From: Terriglobia bacterium
GTDB lineage: Bacteria; Acidobacteriota; Terriglobia; Acidiferrales; UBA7541
Assembly (NCBI GenBank): GCA_963695545.1
Contig: OY968796.1
Coordinates: 3,616,001-3,680,000, forward strand
Direction: 5' to 3'
DNA: 64,000 bases
Position numbers and translations under genes: made by a program. Under the pieces are notes generated by a model. It saw nothing but the letters and a program-made list of their open reading frames with translations, had not been told where the DNA came from and ran no database searches. Positions 57,782 through 64,000 of this stretch are shown piece by piece. Numbering within the stretch: position 1 is the first letter of the stretch; each line of letters opens with the position of its first letter.

Positions 57782-59170
57782 ATGGAACCGATCCTTCTCG
57801 TCGAAGACAAACCCGAGTTGCGCGCCATGCTGCGCAAAGCGCTCGAGCGCGCCGGATATGAAGTCGACGATGCCGCCGACGGTTCGAGCGCCGTGCAGAA
57901 AATCCGCGCGCGCCGCTATCTGGTGATTCTGACCGACCTCAAGCTTCCGGGAAAATCCGGACTCGACGTGCTGCGCGAATCGAAGCAAGCCGACCCGACC
58001 GTGCCCGTGATGCTGATCACTGCATTCGGCTCGATCGAAGAAGCCGTGACGGCGATGAAAGAGGGCGCGTTCGATTTCATCCAGAAGCCGGTGGATCTGG
58101 AACATCTGAAGCTGCTGGTGGAACGCGCGGCGCGGCAGCAGGAAATGCTGCGCGAAAATTTATTGCTGCGCGAGGAATACGCCGCGCGCTACGGGTTTCC
58201 GCGCATCGTCGGCGAATCCGCCGCCATGCGCGACGCCACGCAACAGGCGCAGCGCGTGGCCGCCACCGACTCCACGGTGCTGCTGCTGGGAAATAGCGGC
58301 ACGGGCAAGGAGCTTTTCGCGCGGGCCATCCATCACCTTTCGGCGCGCCGCGACCTTCCCTTCGTGGCGCTGAATTGCGCGGCGATTCCCGAAGGTCTGG
58401 TGGAAAACGAACTTTTCGGACACGAACGCGGCGCTTACACCGGAGCGGGCGCGCGCAAAATCGGCAAAATGGAGATGGCGCACCGCGGCACAATTTTTCT
58501 GGATGAAATCGCCGAACTGCCGATGGCCACGCAATCGAAGTTGTTGCGCGTGCTCGAAGAAAAACAGTTCGACCGCGTGGGCGGAACGCAGGCCATCGAC
58601 GTTGACGTGCGCATTCTGGCCGCGACCAACAAGGACCTGCGCGGCGCCATCGCGGACAAAACCTTTCGCGAAGATCTTTATTTCCGCATCGCCGCTGTGC
58701 CCATCACGATTCCGCCGCTCGCGGAACGCGGCGACGACGTGCTTTTGCTCGCCGACCATTTCCTGGACCGCTTCCGGCGCGAATTTAAGAAACCCGGCCT
58801 GGCGCTCTCGGAACAAGCGCGCGCGGCGCTCGCGGCCTACGCCTGGCCCGGCAACGTGCGCGAACTGCAAAACACCATCGAGCGCGCCGCGATTCTCTCC
58901 GACACGGATTTGATCGGGCCGAGCGCCTTGCAATTGCCCGTGGCGCGGCCAGCCTCGGGCGAAATTCCCGGCGCGATGCTCGACGAAAATTTCGATTGGG
59001 GCGGCCCGCTCGATGAAGTGGCGTCGCGCGCCGTGGCGCATGTGGAACGATTCAAGATCGAAGCCGCGCTGCGCTCGACGAAATGGAACAAATCGCGCGC
59101 CGCGGAACAATTGGGCGTTTCGTACAAGACGCTCCTTAATAAGATCCGCTCGCTGGGCCTCGAGAACTAG
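57782..59170 (+). CDS. Sigma54-dependent response regulator (NtrC/PilR-like)
   Basis: Receiver domain (VED, TDLKLPG, KP), GNSGTGKE, ELFGHERGAYTGA, FLDEI, WPGNVREL and Fis-type HTH. Confidence 0.95.
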   Translation: MEPILLVEDKPELRAMLRKALERAGYEVDDAADGSSAVQKIRARRYLVILTDLKLPGKSGLDVLRESKQADPTVPVMLITAFGSIEEAVTAMKEGAFDFIQKPVDLEHLKLLVERAARQQEMLRENLLLREEYAARYGFPRIVGESAAMRDATQQAQRVAATDSTVLLLGNSGTGKELFARAIHHLSARRDLPFVALNCAAIPEGLVENELFGHERGAYTGAGARKIGKMEMAHRGTIFLDEIAELPMATQSKLLRVLEEKQFDRVGGTQAIDVDVRILAATNKDLRGAIADKTFREDLYFRIAAVPITIPPLAERGDDVLLLADHFLDRFRREFKKPGLALSEQARAALAAYAWPGNVRELQNTIERAAILSDTDLIGPSALQLPVARPASGEIPGAMLDENFDWGGPLDEVASRAVAHVERFKIEAALRSTKWNKSRAAEQLGVSYKTLLNKIRSLGLEN

Positions 59171-59255
59171 CGTTCACGGCCGGCGCCGCCCGCACCGCTT
59201 TCCACTTTCCGGGAACCAACGCTCTGGAGTTAAATGGAAGGAACCGTCGCGCGAA

Positions 59256-59669
59256 CTAGTGTCCGCCGGACGCGGCTTCGCGGGCCTTGCGCTCTTCGTC
59301 CACGCGCTTCATGAAGTCGTCGAATTTCGGCTGCTGATCGGGAGTCAGCAGCTGACGAATTTGCGCGCGCCCGTCCTGCCGCGCCTGATCGTATTCCGGC
59401 GCGACGGTCTGATGGATCGCCTCGTAGCGCGCCTGCACGCTGGTCAAAATGCCGTCGATTTGCTTCTGCTGAGCGTCCGTCAAATCGAGCTCACGATCCA
59501 AACGGTCGATATACTGCGCGCGCTGAGCGGCCGGACTGTGATCGTCGCCGCTGCGAGCGAACACGCGCGTCGTCACCACGTAAGTTCCCAGCATGCCCAA
59601 AGCCAGGCCCAGCGCAAACACCACCAGCAACCACGCGATCGCTTTTCGATTGGCCTGTTTAATATCCAT
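59256..59669 (-). CDS. Spy/CpxP-like periplasmic adaptor
   Basis: TM anchor plus LDLTDAQ and LTPDQ (LTxxQ) motifs. Confidence 0.75.
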   Translation of the reverse strand: MDIKQANRKAIAWLLVVFALGLALGMLGTYVVTTRVFARSGDDHSPAAQRAQYIDRLDRELDLTDAQQKQIDGILTSVQARYEAIHQTVAPEYDQARQDGRAQIRQLLTPDQQPKFDDFMKRVDEERKAREAASGGH

Positions 59670-60168
59670 CGTGCGCCCCGGAAAGCGAGGCCAGAACCTC
59701 GTTCTTGTCCGTTGGCTGCGAAGGCGGCTGCGGGAATTCGCCCGTCGCTTCGACGCGCGCGCGCTGCTGCCCGGTGATCTGACGCGGCGTGGATTTGTAG
59801 ACGTACAGCGAAAGCAGCAGCAACACCATGCCCGCGCCCAGCGCCAATCGCGAGGCCAGCAATTGCACGGGAACCCATACGGCGCCCGCCGTGCTGCGAA
59901 CTTCCTGCTCGTTGCGGATGCGTGCCATCACGCGCGCGACGAAAATGCCGTTCGCTTCGGCCGGAGCCTGTTGGGTCGCGCGAAGCCAATTGCCGGCCAG
60001 CCGCGCGCGATCGAGAGCGGCCGTGCATCCCGCGCACTGGCTCAGGTGCTGCGCCAATTCAGGATCGGCCGCGCCCTCCGGCGCGTCGTCGAGCAAACCT
60101 TCAAGGCGCGCCTCATAGCGGCGGCAAGCCTCGCCCGTTGTCACCAAATCTTTCGTGTCGTCGTTCAC
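59659..60168 (-). CDS. Zinc-finger anti-sigma factor
   Basis: C...HLSQCAGC (HxxxCxxC) plus TM helix; directly downstream of the ECF sigma gene. Confidence 0.82.
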   Translation of the reverse strand: MNDDTKDLVTTGEACRRYEARLEGLLDDAPEGAADPELAQHLSQCAGCTAALDRARLAGNWLRATQQAPAEANGIFVARVMARIRNEQEVRSTAGAVWVPVQLLASRLALGAGMVLLLLSLYVYKSTPRQITGQQRARVEATGEFPQPPSQPTDKNEVLASLSGAHDGY

Positions 60169-60201
60169 TGCGCCACCCTCCCCAAGAAGAACCCGCGCAT
60201 T

Positions 60202-60981
60202 TCAGCGCCCCTGCGAACCCGGCCCGGGCCGGTTGAAACCGCGCCGGCGATGCAGCTCGACCAACCGCCCGCGCGCCCGAAACAATCGCACTTTCACCGT
60301 GTTCACGTTGAGTCCCAGGACCTCGCCGATCTCCTCCACGGAAAAACCTTCCACTTCCTTCATCACCAGCATCAGCCTGTCCTTCTCGTCCAACTGCCCG
60401 AGCAGGCGCTCGACCAACTGACGATGCTCAACTTGCCGCTCGGCATCTTCGCGCGGCCGGCCCGTACTTCCCGCGGCGTCCGTCGAGCTTTCCACCTGGC
60501 GAACCTGCTCTTCGCTCAGATCCGACTCATAGACCAGGCGCCGGACCTTTTTCTTGCGCAGGTGATCCCAGCACTCGTTTACGGCGATCTTGTAAAGCCA
60601 TGTGCCGAACGCCGAACGTTGATCGAATCGCCGCAGTGAAAAATAGGCCTTAGCCAGCGCCTGCTGCGCCACGTCTTCGGCGTCTTCCCGCCTGTGCAAT
60701 ATGCCGCTGACCACCGCCATAACCCGCGGCTGGTGGATGCGCACCAACTCCTCGTAGGCGGCCATTTCGCCCGCCTGCGCCCGCCGGACCAACTGGCGCT
60801 CGGCCTCTCCGGATCGCCGCGTGCGCTCGGCCCTCTCGCGCGCCGCAGCGGTCGCGGCGGCGGCCGCGCCTCGGTCCGCGCCCAAACCGGTCCCGCGGGC
60901 GTCCCCTTGACCATTTCCCCGATCGATATCGGGTGGGACCTCCGCCGTCTTTTCCGGCTCTGTCTTTGGGACGTGTCCCAT
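60202..60981 (-). CDS. ECF RNA polymerase sigma factor
   Basis: LVRRAQAGE..AYEELV, DAEDVAQ, FGTWLYKIAVN and EGFSVEEI...NTVKVRLFRAR. Confidence 0.93.
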   Translation of the reverse strand: MGHVPKTEPEKTAEVPPDIDRGNGQGDARGTGLGADRGAAAAATAAARERAERTRRSGEAERQLVRRAQAGEMAAYEELVRIHQPRVMAVVSGILHRREDAEDVAQQALAKAYFSLRRFDQRSAFGTWLYKIAVNECWDHLRKKKVRRLVYESDLSEEQVRQVESSTDAAGSTGRPREDAERQVEHRQLVERLLGQLDEKDRLMLVMKEVEGFSVEEIGEVLGLNVNTVKVRLFRARGRLVELHRRRGFNRPGPGSQGR

Positions 60982-61064
60982 GGAAATTCGGTTACACCCT
61001 TTTCTTTGCGATTGCCATCACTTTTCGCTTGCGCCGCAACATAGCCTTATGTAACAATGTACGC

Positions 61065-61436
61065 ATGATTATCGGAGACCGTCTTCGCGCGCTGCGCGAA
61101 GAAAAGAAACTTTCCCAAGGGGACATTGAAAAGCGCACGGGCCTTCTGCGTTGCTATATCTCCCGCGTTGAAAATGGCCACACCGTACCGGCCATCGAGA
61201 CGCTGGAAAAACTGGCGCGCGCGTTTGAAGTTCCCCTTTATCAATTATTCTACGACGGCGAGGAACCGCCGGAGCTGCCCAATCTCCCGAAGCGCAAGAC
61301 TGCTTCCGAGATTGCATGGGGCACTTCCGGTAAGCAAGCCCTTTTTCTGAACCGGCTCCGCAGAGTGCTCGGCACGCTCGATGAGGGCGACCGAAAACTT
61401 CTGCTGTTCATGGCTCAGAAAATGGCTGGCCGTTAG
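61065..61436 (+). CDS. XRE-family HTH transcriptional regulator
   Basis: IGDRLRALREEKKLSQ...YISRVENGHTVP..ETLEKLA. Confidence 0.92.
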   Translation: MIIGDRLRALREEKKLSQGDIEKRTGLLRCYISRVENGHTVPAIETLEKLARAFEVPLYQLFYDGEEPPELPNLPKRKTASEIAWGTSGKQALFLNRLRRVLGTLDEGDRKLLLFMAQKMAGR

Positions 61437-61551
61437 GCCCCCGCCGGGTTTCCTGCTCTTGAGCCATCCGGCTTGAGGGCTCAACTTAACTCACCCCCAA
61501 CTTGACAGGTAGGCCTGGAGCGCCTTGCCCGCCCGAGGCGCTCCGCGAGCA

Positions 61552-61584
61552 GGCCGGGGATGCTTTCCCCCGGCCACTTTTTTT
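61552..61584 (+). terminator. Intrinsic terminator between the convergent XRE gene and guaA
   Basis: GGCCGGGG/CCCCGGCC stem followed by a T7 tract. Confidence 0.8.
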
Positions 61585-61631
61585 CGCACTGGCTCGATAC
61601 GCCGTCACGGCGTGCCGCTCACTGCACCAGT

Positions 61632-63173
61632 TCATTCCCATTCGATCGTGCTCGGCGGCTTCGAGCTGATGTCGTAAACCACGCGATTCACTCCCGCCAC
61701 TTCGTTCACAATGCGCGTGGAGATTTTTTCAAGCACGTCCGCGGGCAAGCGCGTCCAATCGGCGGTCATCGCGTCCTCGGATTGCACCACGCGCACGGCC
61801 ACCGCGAAACCGTAGCTGCGGCCGTCTCCCATCACGCCCACACTGCGCACGGGGAGCAACACGGCGAAGGCCTGCCAGGTTTTTTCGTAGAGCCCGGCGC
61901 GGCGAATTTCCTCCACCACGATCGCATCGGCTTCGCGCAAAATCGCCAGCTTTTCGCGCGACACCGCGCCCAGCAATCGCACCGCGAGGCCCGGGCCGGG
62001 GAACGGCTGCTTTTGCAGCATCTCCTGCGGCAGGCCGAGCTCGGCGCCGATGCGCCGCACCTCGTCTTTAAAAAGCTCGCGCAGCGGCTCGATCAAATCG
62101 AACGGCAGATCGGGCGGCAACCCGCCGACGTTGTGATGCGATTTGATCGTCGCTGAAGGACCGCGCACGGAAACCGATTCGATCACGTCGGGATATAACG
62201 TGCCTTGCACCAGAAATTTCACCGTGCCGCCCAGGCGGCGCGCTTCTTCGGCGAAAACTTTGATGAATTCCGCGCCGATGATCTTGCGTTTTTGTTCCGG
62301 ATCTTCCACGCCGTCGAGAAGCGCGAGAAACCGATCCGAGGCGTCGACGCCGGTAACCGAAAGGCCCAGCCGGTCGCGCAGAAGCGAAAGCGTCTCGGCG
62401 AATTCGTTTTTGCGTAAAAGGCCGGTGTCCACGAAAACGTTCGTCAGCCGATCGCCAATCGCCCGATGCACCAGCGCCGCGGCCACGGCCGAATCCACGC
62501 CCCCGCTTAAAGCGCAAAGCGCGCGCCCCGTGCCCACCTGTCGCCGAATCGATTCGACTGTATCGGCGATGAAAGCCGTGCCGCTCCATTTCGGCTCGGC
62601 GCCGCAGATCGCAAATATGAAGTTGCGCAGAATTTCGCGGCCGCCATCGGTGTGATTCACTTCGGGATGAAATTGCACGGCGTAAATGCGTCGCGCGGGA
62701 TCTTCGGCGGCCGCGACGGCATTGCCGGTTTCGCCCGTCGCGTGGAATCCAGCCGGCAGAGCGAGCACATTGTCACCGTGGCTATTCCACACGCGAAGCT
62801 CGCGCGGCAATCCAGTGAACAGCAGCGAGCCGTTGCGCAGCACTGCATGCGCCCGGCCGTATTCGCGCCGATCGCCGGGTTCCACGCGGCCGCCCAGCGT
62901 GTGCGCGATCCACTGCAGGCCGTAGCAAATTCCGAGCACAGGAACGCCAAGCGCGAGCACTTGCGGATCGCACTTGGGCGCTTCGGGATCGTAGACCGAA
63001 CTCGGGCCGCCCGAGAGCACCACGCCGGCGGGATCGAGCGCGCGAATCTGCTCGAGCGTCGCGTTGCAGGGCAGAATCGCCGAGAACACGGATTGCTCGC
63101 GGATGCGCCGCGCGATCAATTGCGTGTATTGCCCGCCGAAATCGAGCACTACGATTCCGCCGCGCTCGCTCAT
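61632..63173 (-). CDS. guaA: GMP synthase (glutamine-hydrolysing)
   Basis: [40 protein letters not shown] and KPPSTIEWE. Confidence 0.98.
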   Translation of the reverse strand: MSERGGIVVLDFGGQYTQLIARRIREQSVFSAILPCNATLEQIRALDPAGVVLSGGPSSVYDPEAPKCDPQVLALGVPVLGICYGLQWIAHTLGGRVEPGDRREYGRAHAVLRNGSLLFTGLPRELRVWNSHGDNVLALPAGFHATGETGNAVAAAEDPARRIYAVQFHPEVNHTDGGREILRNFIFAICGAEPKWSGTAFIADTVESIRRQVGTGRALCALSGGVDSAVAAALVHRAIGDRLTNVFVDTGLLRKNEFAETLSLLRDRLGLSVTGVDASDRFLALLDGVEDPEQKRKIIGAEFIKVFAEEARRLGGTVKFLVQGTLYPDVIESVSVRGPSATIKSHHNVGGLPPDLPFDLIEPLRELFKDEVRRIGAELGLPQEMLQKQPFPGPGLAVRLLGAVSREKLAILREADAIVVEEIRRAGLYEKTWQAFAVLLPVRSVGVMGDGRSYGFAVAVRVVQSEDAMTADWTRLPADVLEKISTRIVNEVAGVNRVVYDISSKPPSTIEWE

Positions 63174-63201
63174 GGTTTCCTCTTGCGCATGCGTTCGTGG
63201 C

Positions 63202-63999
63202 CTAGCCGAGGACGAAATTCACCAGTTTTTCCCGCACCGCGATGGTTTTCACAATTTTCTGTCCGGCGAGCAATTGTGCAATGCGCGGATCGGCCAGCAC
63301 GCGGTCGATCAGCTCGTCTTCGCTCAACCCCGGCTCGCTCAAGATCTTGCCGCGCACGCGCCCGTTGATCTGCGCGATGATTTCCACTTGCTCTTCGGCC
63401 GCCAGTTGCGCCACATATTCGGGCCACGCGGCGTGGGTCAAACCCTCGGCGTGGCCGAGCATTTCCCAAAGCTCCTCGGCCAGATGCGGCGCCATCGGCG
63501 CGATCATCTGCGTCAACAGTTCGAGCGTTTCGCGCACCACTTCCGGCCGCGCACCTTCTTCCAGCGGCTCGAGCGAGTGCACCAGATTCACCAGCTCCAT
63601 GATCAGCGCGATCGACGAATTGAAATGCCAGCGCGCTTCAAAATCGTTGGTCACGCGGCGCAGCGTCTGATGCGCTTTGCGCCGCAGCGCTTTCTCTTTT
63701 TCCGAAGTGCTGGCCAGCGAGCCCGACTTTGCTCCAACCTCCACCGACGCAGCGGGCTTCGCGGGCCCCAGCGCAGGCGCGTGACGCGCGATCAATCGAT
63801 AGAGCCGGCTCAAAAATCGCGCGCAGCCCTCGATTCCCTGCTCGCTCCATTCGAGATCGCGCTCCGGCGGCGCTGCGAACAGCGTGTACAACCGCGCCGT
63901 ATCGCAGCCGTATTTTTCCGCCATATCCAGCGCGCCAACCAGATTGCCTTTCGATTTCGACATCTTCTCGCCGTTCATCAACACCAGCCCCTGCGAAAA
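63202..63999 (-). CDS. leuS: Leucine--tRNA ligase, C-terminal part (truncated by window end)
   Basis: [33 protein letters not shown] and KLVNFV. Confidence 0.95.
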   Translation of the reverse strand, partial: FSQGLVLMNGEKMSKSKGNLVGALDMAEKYGCDTARLYTLFAAPPERDLEWSEQGIEGCARFLSRLYRLIARHAPALGPAKPAASVEVGAKSGSLASTSEKEKALRRKAHQTLRRVTNDFEARWHFNSSIALIMELVNLVHSLEPLEEGARPEVVRETLELLTQMIAPMAPHLAEELWEMLGHAEGLTHAAWPEYVAQLAAEEQVEIIAQINGRVRGKILSEPGLSEDELIDRVLADPRIAQLLAGQKIVKTIAVREKLVNFVLG

Positions 64000-64000
64000 C

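Noticed and set aside
61437..61632. Genomic island integrated at the guaA 3' end
   Set aside because: guaA is a known hotspot, but there is no integrase or att duplication here, only hairpins and a terminator

Overview
GC-rich bacterial chromosomal segment. The gene repertoire suggests Acidobacteriota (Terriglobia-like): a VWFA-related acidobacterial protein, PEP-CTERM proteins, sdhCAB, a stand-alone nuoB and GTAG/CGTC-type REPs; this assignment is inference. Most of the window is housekeeping: nadA(partial)-nadC-nadB, glnE, icd-mdh, sdhCAB, pyruvoyl-dependent arginine decarboxylase, rnj, ftsK, tRNA-Phe(GAA), pdxR-pdxS-pdxT, an osmoprotectant ABC transporter, ygfZ-like, nuoB, pilD plus a sigma54 two-component pair, ECF sigma/anti-sigma, guaA and leuS(partial). 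An accessory-looking block (about 23.5-37.5 kb) encodes a PEP-CTERM ice-binding-family protein, exported MsrA/MsrB, a second PEP-CTERM protein, a TIR-TM-TPR receptor-like protein, a Gly-rich VWA protein, a kinase-TM-WD40 protein and a TMTC-like glycosyltransferase. The most striking observation is a dispersed intergenic element in three copies (6636-7077 +, 26233-26776 -, 39582-39951 -). Each has two TTCGAA-centred boxes, a sigma70-like promoter, a variable spacer, a conserved ~150-165 bp AT-rich core of four phased subunits and a terminal G-run/pyrimidine-purine motif (a perfect palindrome in two copies). Each lies co-oriented upstream of a gene (icd, msrB, yfiT-like) and carries a GTG-initiated reading frame that ends at or over that gene's start. 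No CRISPR array, integrase or transposase was recognised. All product calls come from motif recognition by eye; no database search was run.
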